Below, one piece after another: positions 7,419-15,441 of a stretch of DNA of 18,273 bases. Position numbers and translations under genes: made by a program. Numbering within the stretch: the stretch's first letter is position 1; the number at the start of each line of letters is the position of its first letter. The notes beneath the pieces were generated by a model. That model was not told the DNA's origin and searched no databases. It worked only from the letters and a program-made list of their open reading frames with translations. The stretch is taken from assembly GCA_964632315.1 (NCBI GenBank), contig CAZWEM010000057.1, forward strand, positions 1-18,273, written 5' to 3'. This DNA is from an uncultured archaeon. Lineage in GTDB: Archaea; Asgardarchaeota; Lokiarchaeia; Sigyniarchaeales; SOKP01.

Positions 7419-7592
7419 ATGGTGGTAATTATTCGAAAGCAAATCGAAAGAAGATTGCATCGAGTTAAAATTCTTAATGAATCTAAAAATGCAATATGTC
7501 CTAAGGCAAATAATTGTCTAAAAGTTGAGAATAGCCCCAGATGTAATTTTTATTTCGAAAAATGTCGACGATTCGATTTAAAAATGATGTAA
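7419..7592 (+). CDS. 57-aa basic, four-cysteine microprotein
   Basis: Not in the ORF track. MVVIIRKQIERRLHRVKILNESKNAICPKANNCLKVENSPRCNFYFEKCRRFDLKMM* fills the gap between two co-directional genes with 8-nt and 13-nt spacers. Confidence 0.7.
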   Translation: MVVIIRKQIERRLHRVKILNESKNAICPKANNCLKVENSPRCNFYFEKCRRFDLKMM

Positions 7593-7605
7593 GGATGATC
7601 TAATT

Positions 7606-8409
7606 ATGGATTTAGGATTAAATGGTAAAGTCGCAGTAATATTAGCTTCCAGCAAGGGATTGGGACTCGCATGTGCCAAAGGATTTTATGAAGAAGGTGC
7701 AAGTGTAGCTATTTGTAGCAGGTCTAAAGAAAACTTGCTAAAAGCAAAAGAGATCATTAAAGATGTCAAAATTGGTGATTCTCAACAGAAAATTCTTAAT
7801 CTTGTCGTCAATTTAACGGATGAGGATCAAATAAAAGCTATGATTGATATCGTGATCAAGGAATTTGGAACGATCGATATATTGGTTCATAACGCGGGAG
7901 GACCTCCCTCAGCACCAATAAGTCAAATTTCAATGGAGCAATGGGAAGAGTCCATAAGTTTGAATTTAAAGTCGATTATCATAGTGTGCAAAGCTGTGAT
8001 TCCAATAATGCAAAGCCAACAATTTGGAAGGATTATAGCCATTACTTCAGTTTCCATTAAACAACCGTTAAATAACTTAGTATTATCAAATACAACTCGT
8101 CTTGGAGTATTAGGTTTTGCCAAAACCTTAGCAAATGAATATGCTAAAGACAATATTTTAGTTAACGTGGTATGCCCAGGACCTACACTCACTGATAGGA
8201 TGAAGGAACTGATAAAAACTGAAATGCTTGACACCGGGAGATCTGAGCAAGAAATCATGAAAAAGTGGATTGATGATATCCCCTTGGGACGGTTAGGAGA
8301 TCCAGAGGAACTGGCTAATCTTGTAGTGTTTTTGGGATCTCAAAAAGCAAGTTATATCACGGGTACTGCCATTCAAGTTGATGGGGGATTTGTAAAAAGC
8401 CCATTATGA
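7606..8409 (+). CDS. Short-chain dehydrogenase/reductase, FabG/BKR-like atypical subgroup
   Basis: ILASSKGLG, CSRS, IDILVHNAGGP, NVVCPG, GRLGDPEELA and ASYITGTAIQVDGG. The catalytic YxxxK position reads SNTTR. Confidence 0.92.
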   Translation: MDLGLNGKVAVILASSKGLGLACAKGFYEEGASVAICSRSKENLLKAKEIIKDVKIGDSQQKILNLVVNLTDEDQIKAMIDIVIKEFGTIDILVHNAGGPPSAPISQISMEQWEESISLNLKSIIIVCKAVIPIMQSQQFGRIIAITSVSIKQPLNNLVLSNTTRLGVLGFAKTLANEYAKDNILVNVVCPGPTLTDRMKELIKTEMLDTGRSEQEIMKKWIDDIPLGRLGDPEELANLVVFLGSQKASYITGTAIQVDGGFVKSPL

Positions 8410-8625
8410 ATCCTTGTTAATAGCATATAGTTTTGGGGAAAATTGTCATATAATTAGTTTCCTCACTAATTTATTTATGTTCAAGGCACGATATCTCATG
8501 TAAAAAATAGACATAAATATCATGAATTTCATATTAATGTTATATTTTTGAAGCAAGTATTGAATATTGTTTCTTAAATTAGATAAGCAACAGGGTTAAG
8601 GCTTAATAAATATAGATTCAGTAGA

Positions 8626-10326
8626 ATGTTGGGCATAAAAAATCATTTAGATTCAATAAACATCGTCAAAATATTAAGCATTTCATCGATAATCCTAAAT
8701 CTATTTTGCTTAATTTCGGGTGCCTTGTACATCATCGATCCTTTTGAGTCTAAGTTATGGCAAATTTTTGGTATAATCTTAGCAATCACCATTTTTCATA
8801 ATTTGGGACTTAGTTTTTTAAATTCTTTAAAAATATGTAGGCCTAACAAGCATGGCCATTTACTAAACATCTTAACCTATTGTTTTCTGATTTTTACCAT
8901 GATGGGTGTTATGGGAATATTGGGAGGAAATTTATTGATTTCAACGACGATTTCAAGTAATAGCGCTGGATTTTTGGCAGGAGAAGCATTGACTTATTTC
9001 TTTTACTTCGGAATGCTTTTATTTGGCTTTAGCAAGTCAGTGTTAATTTTAAAATATATAAGAATTGATCGAGAAAAACCATGTGAATCCCCTCCGTTTC
9101 GAATCATGAAATTAGGTTATAAATTGAAAAGATTGATTGGAATTTTTTCCCAGTTGTTATTCATTTTAGGAATAATATTTGCAATTACAACTGTATTTGG
9201 ATCTTTCGAAGTTGTTACAACTTTTATTGCCATTATTTCGGGACAGTTTGGGGTATTTTTTTCATTCATTTTCTTTGCCAATACATTATTATTGATAAAG
9301 TTAAAGAGAAACACGTGGAGTAAGAAAAAGGTTCGTAGAAGAGCCATTAGTGGTACTGTTATATCCTTAATTTTGTTATTACCTTTTATGATTGCGGGGA
9401 TTACTGCATTTAGAGCAGAAATAAATTTTTCTCAAACTGTAGGGTCAAATTGGCAGAACAAAATACCCATAGAAATAGATCGCCAGTTTTTGCAGTCTCC
9501 TTTTACCTCGACGAGCTACTTTCTTGGAGAATCGCCTAAAGAATGCCTAATTCAACAGGACGTATTATATTATCAAAATAATAGTTTATCTCTTTACTTC
9601 GATGCATATCTTCCAATAAATAGTGATCATACTCCTGGACAAAATTCAACGCTTATTAGAATCCATGGTGGAGCTTGGACTTCTGGAGATAAAGGAGCTT
9701 TCAATAACGTGCAAATGAATAAGTATTTCGCTGCTCAAGGATATTTTGTGTTTGACATACAATACGGTCTTAAGGGAATCCCTCTATCGAGTTCTGATAC
9801 TCAAATAGGTGATTACAATATTGATGATATGTTATATCATATCGGAAAATTTACAGCTTATCTTGTAAATCACTCGAAAGAATACGGTACAAACATTAAT
9901 TCAGTATTCATTAGTGGAGGATCCTCCGGCGGGCATTTGACATGTGCTACTGCATTAGCAATATCAAGTGGAAATTATTCAGAAATCTTCAATCAAGAGA
10001 TCAAAGTCAAGGGATATATCCCTTTTTATCCTGCCAATGGAGCAATGAGCTTTTTTGGAATCGATGGTAGACCAGAATTTAAGAATCCTCAAATGCTTAT
10101 TACTAAAAATAGTCCACCTTGCTTAATCTTTCAAGGTACCCATGACATTTTGAATTATTTTGGCATCTCACTTGGCTTTAGAGATGTTTATATGAAAAAT
10201 TCAAATAATAATTGCACGATTTTATGGATGCCATTTGGAGGACATGGTTCTGATTTTTATTTTTCGGGTTATTATAATCAGATCTTTCTCTATTACATGG
10301 AAAGGTTCATGTACATTTATAAGTAA
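8626..10326 (+). CDS. Polytopic membrane protein with C-terminal alpha/beta-hydrolase (HSL/family IV-like esterase/lipase) domain
   Basis: About 6-7 hydrophobic helices in the first ~265 aa. Oxyanion motif IHGGAW, nucleophile elbow GGSSGGH, FQGTHD (Asp) and GGHG (His). Confidence 0.88.
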   Translation: MLGIKNHLDSINIVKILSISSIILNLFCLISGALYIIDPFESKLWQIFGIILAITIFHNLGLSFLNSLKICRPNKHGHLLNILTYCFLIFTMMGVMGILGGNLLISTTISSNSAGFLAGEALTYFFYFGMLLFGFSKSVLILKYIRIDREKPCESPPFRIMKLGYKLKRLIGIFSQLLFILGIIFAITTVFGSFEVVTTFIAIISGQFGVFFSFIFFANTLLLIKLKRNTWSKKKVRRRAISGTVISLILLLPFMIAGITAFRAEINFSQTVGSNWQNKIPIEIDRQFLQSPFTSTSYFLGESPKECLIQQDVLYYQNNSLSLYFDAYLPINSDHTPGQNSTLIRIHGGAWTSGDKGAFNNVQMNKYFAAQGYFVFDIQYGLKGIPLSSSDTQIGDYNIDDMLYHIGKFTAYLVNHSKEYGTNINSVFISGGSSGGHLTCATALAISSGNYSEIFNQEIKVKGYIPFYPANGAMSFFGIDGRPEFKNPQMLITKNSPPCLIFQGTHDILNYFGISLGFRDVYMKNSNNNCTILWMPFGGHGSDFYFSGYYNQIFLYYMERFMYIYK

Positions 10327-10524
10327 TAATCTAACATTCCCAATTTTCTAGGTAAGTAGTATAATTCATCTTGACAAAAGGTAAGAAAGTTATACCTAAT
10401 ATCTACATATTTTAATTAGATACAAGTTTAGGATTAGCATCAGAAATGATAGCATTAAGTATTTCTTTTTCAAAAGATTATTTAAAGAAGATTTAACACA
10501 TATGAACATAAATAGTGAAAAATA

Positions 10525-12477
10525 TTGTTAAGAATTACCTCTCAAGAAAATAAATTTGATCTGTATTATAAAAACCATCTCTTTTTTTCTCATTCTTCGG
10601 AAACACCCTGTTTTGAAATTGGAATGGGAATTGGTAAGTACAAGCAGTTTCATACCCGCTTCCGAATAAGAGATCATCTCAAAAGAAGGATTCCTCTTAA
10701 AGATTTTAAAATTCTATCTAAATTGGATACTCAGATTATTTTAGAGTTTAGTAGTGGAGAAGAAAGTTTAGTTGTAGAATTCATAGAAATAGAAGGAAGG
10801 CTTATAATATCACTAAAAACTGAAAATAGAGCTCTCAATCGATTATGGATAAAATTGAATTCAGATAAGGAAGAAGCTATTTTTGGATGTGGAGAACAGT
10901 TTTCAAAATTGAATTTGAGAGGGTATAAAGTCCCTATATGGGTCGAAGATGCTTCTCCAGGATTTCGAAAAGATCATAGTTATTATCCTCAACCAAATTT
11001 CATATCATCAAATAAATACTATTGTCATGTAGAAACGCCATTTTACTCAGAATTTAATTTTGAAAATGAAGCATATCATAAGCTATATATTTGGGACATT
11101 CCCAGAGAAATATATATTGGAAAACATGAATCAATGCTGCAAGTCGTAGAAAATCTTAATAAATTATTAGGCCTCCAGCCAAAGCTAGCTGAGTGGGCAT
11201 ATGAGGGTATTTGGTTGGGGATCCAAGGAGGCCCAGAAATAGTAAAAAAAAAAATTGAAAAAGCAAGACAACATGGAATAAAAGTAGGGGCAGTGTGGTG
11301 TCAAGATTGGCAAGGCATAAGATTCACCTCATTTGGAAAGCAATTGTTTTGGAATTGGAAGTATGATCAATCAATTTATCCAGATCTTCCAGAATACATT
11401 AAATCTTTAAATTCTGAAGGAATCCGATTTTTAGGATATATAAATACGATGCTTGCAGAGGAAGGAGATATCTATAAATTAGCCTCAGAGAAAGGATATT
11501 GTATTAAAAATGAAGAAGGAGAGGATTATTTTTCGATGATGACTGATTTTACCGCCCCACAATTAGATTTTACTAATCCTCAAACAGTTGAATGGCTGAA
11601 GAGCATTATTAAAGAACACATGATTGGAATTGGATTGAATGGTTGGATGGTTGATTATGGAGAATATGCACCAGTGGATGCAAAATATTATTCAGGGATT
11701 TCAGGAGAGGAATTTCACAACCAAAATCCCACGATTTTTACTAAATTAAATTATAAAGTTCTTGAAGAAGAAAATTTATTAGATGAGATTATATTTTTTG
11801 CACGATCCGGATTTACTGGAACATCTCAATATAGTTTAATGCAATTTTCAGGTGATCAAAGAGTAGATTGGGATGAAAAGGTCGGTCTTCCTTCTGTAAT
11901 TCCTGCTGCTATTAACATTGGTTTATGTGGAATTGGTTATTTCCATTTCGATATTGGATGCTACACAACATATGCTGATTTCAAACGAGATAAGGAATTA
12001 TTCATGAGATCGGCTGAAAATGCTGTTTTTTCAATGCTAATGCGGACTCATGAGGGAAATCGTCCAGATGTGAATTGGCAATTCGATTCTGATGATGCAA
12101 CATTGGACCATTTGGCAAGGATGGTAAGAATTCACGTTCATTTAAAACCATATTTGAGAGATTTATCTGAAGAGTATCAAGAATCCGGAATTCCTCCGAT
12201 TAGAGGTTGTTTTCTTCATTATGAAAACGATCCAGAACTGAAGAAGTTAAAATTTCAATATCTTTTCGGGCGAGATTTACTCGTAGCTCCTGTTATAAAG
12301 CCACATCAAAATAAATGGAAAGTCTATTTACCAAAAGATGAATGGATTCATGTTTGGAGCGGAAAAACTTACATGGGCGGATGGATAGTGGTTGATTCGC
12401 CTATTGGTAAGCCACCTGTTTTCTACAGGAAAGAAACAGAATACTCAGAATTATTTAAGTCAATAATTAACATGTGA
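10525..12477 (+). CDS. yihQ: GH31 alpha-glycosidase of the YihQ/sulfoquinovosidase clade
   Basis: GCGEQFS, YYPQPNF, WLGIQGG, WCQDWQGIRFTSFGKQLFWNW, GWMVDYGEY (nucleophile D377), SGDQRVDW (acid/base D444), DIGCYTT, MRTHEGNRP..NWQF and QYLFGRDLLVAPV. TTG start. Confidence 0.88.
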   Translation: MLRITSQENKFDLYYKNHLFFSHSSETPCFEIGMGIGKYKQFHTRFRIRDHLKRRIPLKDFKILSKLDTQIILEFSSGEESLVVEFIEIEGRLIISLKTENRALNRLWIKLNSDKEEAIFGCGEQFSKLNLRGYKVPIWVEDASPGFRKDHSYYPQPNFISSNKYYCHVETPFYSEFNFENEAYHKLYIWDIPREIYIGKHESMLQVVENLNKLLGLQPKLAEWAYEGIWLGIQGGPEIVKKKIEKARQHGIKVGAVWCQDWQGIRFTSFGKQLFWNWKYDQSIYPDLPEYIKSLNSEGIRFLGYINTMLAEEGDIYKLASEKGYCIKNEEGEDYFSMMTDFTAPQLDFTNPQTVEWLKSIIKEHMIGIGLNGWMVDYGEYAPVDAKYYSGISGEEFHNQNPTIFTKLNYKVLEEENLLDEIIFFARSGFTGTSQYSLMQFSGDQRVDWDEKVGLPSVIPAAINIGLCGIGYFHFDIGCYTTYADFKRDKELFMRSAENAVFSMLMRTHEGNRPDVNWQFDSDDATLDHLARMVRIHVHLKPYLRDLSEEYQESGIPPIRGCFLHYENDPELKKLKFQYLFGRDLLVAPVIKPHQNKWKVYLPKDEWIHVWSGKTYMGGWIVVDSPIGKPPVFYRKETEYSELFKSIINM

Positions 12478-12783
12478 TTCTTTTAAAAACATCCCTTAAC
12501 TAAATTTACATCAATTAGCTTAATATCGTGAAACATGCTGAGGAGGAATTACTTTGAATAATTTGAAGCGATAGATTTATAAAGGGTCTTCTGCTAGAGA
12601 TTTTGAGTAAACCATATGAGTTGCTTGAATGTAGTTTAGCACTGTACATTCTTATACTCAATATCCTTACTCGAAGCGGTATGTTCTCTGATATAGCGCA
12701 AATTTTTCCTTTTACTTCTTTTGATTATGAATTTCTAAGAATAAAGTTAGTTATTTTAATTTTTAAGCATTTATAAATTCGTA

Positions 12784-13503
12784 ATGATAAGAGCAGTAAC
12801 TTTCGATTTATGGAATACCATCTTCGCTAATATTTCCTATTCAAATGAACGCTTAAACTATTTAATTGAAAAACTCAAAATAGAAGATATATTGTTTAAA
12901 AAAAAAGAATTAGAAAGAGAATTTTATAAAAATTTTGATTTTGGAAACTGGGATAGAAAAGATTTGTCGAGAAGACATATATATACTATTGTACGTCTTA
13001 AAGAGATGCTTAAAAACTTAAAAATCCTATTGAAACCAAAAATAATTAATGATATTATTGAAAATTTCGAATCTATAATGCTAAAAATTAAACCTCCTTT
13101 AAAAAATAGTGTAATAAAGACTCTTGAAACTCTTTCTCCAGATTATAAAATCGGTTTAATCTCAGACACAGGAATAACACCAGGAAAGGTAATAAGAAAG
13201 GTGATGGATGATTATAAACTTTCACAATACTTTGAAATAACTATTTTTTCTGATGAGACAGGGATTTACAAACCAGATCCTTCGGTTTTCCAAATCGCAT
13301 TGAAAAAATTTAAAGTCAGACCAGAAAATGCTCTCCATGTAGGGGATTTACTTTTAACAGACATCAAAGGTGCAAGAGATTGTCAAATTACCTCCGTTTG
13401 GGTGAATGATAATAAACAAATTCCTCATCCAGAAATTATCCCTGACTTTGAAATCCAAGATTTGTATGAGGTTGTCAATATTATCAAAAAGCAGTTAACT
13501 TAA
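12784..13503 (+). CDS. HAD-superfamily hydrolase (subfamily IA)
   Basis: TFDLWNTI (motif I), LISDTG (II), KPDP (III) and HVGDLLLTDIKGA (IV). Confidence 0.9.
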   Translation: MIRAVTFDLWNTIFANISYSNERLNYLIEKLKIEDILFKKKELEREFYKNFDFGNWDRKDLSRRHIYTIVRLKEMLKNLKILLKPKIINDIIENFESIMLKIKPPLKNSVIKTLETLSPDYKIGLISDTGITPGKVIRKVMDDYKLSQYFEITIFSDETGIYKPDPSVFQIALKKFKVRPENALHVGDLLLTDIKGARDCQITSVWVNDNKQIPHPEIIPDFEIQDLYEVVNIIKKQLT

Positions 13504-13579
13504 AAAGAATAAATTCTCTAAAGATAAAATAGTTTGAACTAAGGTCAAAAAGTTCATAGAGTTAACTTTAGAACAAGAA

Positions 13580-13744
13580 TTAAGCTTCTACTTCTGCTTC
13601 TTTTTCTTTATAATCCTTATTTTTTGCAGAACGAATTGCATTCTGACTTCCACACTGCTCGCAATACTCTCTATCAGTGTGGGAAAATTCTCCACATTCT
13701 TCACATATGAATTTATAAGTTTGTTTAAATAATTTTTTATTCAT
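13580..13744 (-). CDS. 54-aa zinc-ribbon microprotein (CxxC-x10-CxxC)
   Basis: Not in the ORF track. MNKKLFKQTYKFICEECGEFSHTDREYCEQCGSQNAIRSAKNKDYKEKEAEVEA*, with a strong SD GGAGGT (13753-13758, minus strand) 8 nt before the ATG. Confidence 0.85.
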   Translation of the reverse strand: MNKKLFKQTYKFICEECGEFSHTDREYCEQCGSQNAIRSAKNKDYKEKEAEVEA

Positions 13745-14049
13745 TTTTTAATACCTCCAATCTAATTAAGTAGATAATTGATCACTTATTATTTTGTTAT
13801 ACAGATTTTATGTATTGTGAAAAAAAATACATAGTTTTGTTTAAATCATAATCGTTGTTTTCTCAAATGATTCTTGGCTTAGAAAAAGAAAAATTAAAAA
13901 ACATATCAATGATACGATGAAAATTCATCAATTTTCCATCTTATATTAAATATGAATTTCTAAAAGTATCCAAGAAGATTTGGTCCAAATTATTAAAGAG
14001 TTGGAATTATTTAAATATTTGAAGATTTTTAAAAAATAATTAAAAAGGT

Positions 14050-14802
14050 CTAAATTATTGAAATAAAGCCATCATAAGGTAAAATTTCTCCTTTAACATT
14101 TGGAATCGAGAATTTTTTTACCAATTGATTAATATCTTGTGAGCAGTGAAAGTTTCCTGGTTTAAAGTTTTCCCAATGGACCCACCATATTTTTTTAATA
14201 TTAGTATTCTTTATGAACTCAGGTAAAACGTTTAGCCATTTAGGATGAATCCAAGTTATTAGATGGGTCATACGAGTAAAATACGGGTTCCATTTTCCTA
14301 AATAATGGCAATCACCGGGAAAAAATAATCCAATATGCTTATCATCTATTAATTCTTCTATCAAATAACCTACCTTTTGATTACTTTGAAATCTATGAAC
14401 TGGTAAAATGTTAATCTGGATCCTTTTTTCTTTATAACCAAAAATTGTGTAAGATTGATATTTTCTTGTTTCAATTAATTCAAAATCGAAGGAATAATTT
14501 TTTATTCTGCGAATTACAGTTTTTGGTCCGAATATCTTTACATTCTGACTTATTTCATTCATTGCACTTAAGAATTGAAGGTCAAAATGATCTTTATGTG
14601 CGTGGGTTATTAAAATAGAAGAAATCTGCTTTCCGTAGCTTTCTAAAAATTTTTCGGGTGATCCAATCCAAGGTGAATCGCCTTGATAAAAATTCATTAT
14701 ATTGTGCCACTTAAACCTTCCTTTAAGAAAAGGATCGATTGTTAGAAAATCTTTAGAGGATCGAATTAAAATTCCTGCATGACCAATCCAAAGCACATCC
14801 AT
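14050..14802 (-). CDS. Metallo-beta-lactamase fold hydrolase (UlaG/UPF0173-like)
   Basis: WIGHAGILI, IDPFL, LITHAHKDHFD (HxHxDH), VGYLI, FFPGD and VHWENF. Lies 3 nt downstream of the 14806-15189 gene, so probably in an operon with it. Confidence 0.88.
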   Translation of the reverse strand: MDVLWIGHAGILIRSSKDFLTIDPFLKGRFKWHNIMNFYQGDSPWIGSPEKFLESYGKQISSILITHAHKDHFDLQFLSAMNEISQNVKIFGPKTVIRRIKNYSFDFELIETRKYQSYTIFGYKEKRIQINILPVHRFQSNQKVGYLIEELIDDKHIGLFFPGDCHYLGKWNPYFTRMTHLITWIHPKWLNVLPEFIKNTNIKKIWWVHWENFKPGNFHCSQDINQLVKKFSIPNVKGEILPYDGFISII

Positions 14803-14805
14803 TTT

Positions 14806-15189
14806 TTAAAAGAACAACCCAAACAGTCCAATAATGCCCATTATCGATAATATGATTAGGATCGCAAAAAAACTCCATTCAAAAATGCCTATGATACCCA
14901 ATATAAACCCAACTTTTGCATAATTAGGGTTGTCATCCCTTTCTTTCCCCTTTATTCCATACACAATAGCCAAAATTGGACCTATAATTGGCATCAAAAA
15001 CAATCCTAATATCCCAAAGACGAGTGATTCAACTCCATAGGTATTATTTTCTCGACTTTTATCAGTGATATTTACGATCGGTGGAGGCGATGTAAGAGAG
15101 ACAGTGGTTTGTTTGAGTCTAAAACCACATTTAGGGCATGCAGACCAATCAAGTTCAACCTCGGTTCCACATTTTTGACAATAAGGCAT
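14806..15189 (-). CDS. Zinc-ribbon plus DUF4190-like membrane protein
   Basis: YCQKCG...ACPKCG zinc ribbon, a PPP linker, then SLVFGILGL...ILAIVYG and AKVGFILGIIG helices. Confidence 0.82.
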   Translation of the reverse strand: MPYCQKCGTEVELDWSACPKCGFRLKQTTVSLTSPPPIVNITDKSRENNTYGVESLVFGILGLFLMPIIGPILAIVYGIKGKERDDNPNYAKVGFILGIIGIFEWSFFAILIILSIMGIIGLFGLFF

Positions 15190-15441
15190 ACAAATATATT
15201 CTTATTATTTACTTAAATAATTTGCTTTAATTGTTCTTCTTTCGTTAAAATGTCGTAAATTAATAGTAATTTTAGTAAAGTATATCATAATTTAGTAGTA
15301 TTTTAACTGAAACTTATCAAATGTTAACAAACGGAGAGATAATTATGAATATAATTATTTATAGAGTTGCTGGACTATATATACATTTATGTCATTGATG
15401 CAATCAATAAATTTATATGTGCTTTCAGTGAAAAGATCATT

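Noticed and set aside
7923-8258. 111-aa minus-strand ORF
   Set aside because: Antisense to the SDR.
9117-9347. 76-aa minus-strand ORF
   Set aside because: Antisense to TM helices of the hydrolase.
10371-10397. TTGACA...TATACC resembling a bacterial sigma70 promoter
   Set aside because: Spacing and -10 match are poor and the context is archaeal; likely chance.
12528-12776. + strand frame VKHAEEELL*II*SDRFIKGLLLEILSKPYELLEC... interrupted only by two TGA codons (pseudogene or selenocysteine readthrough?)
   Set aside because: No recognisable family, no redox motif around the TGAs and no SECIS identified; the opposite strand is similarly open. A tBLASTx search could revive it.
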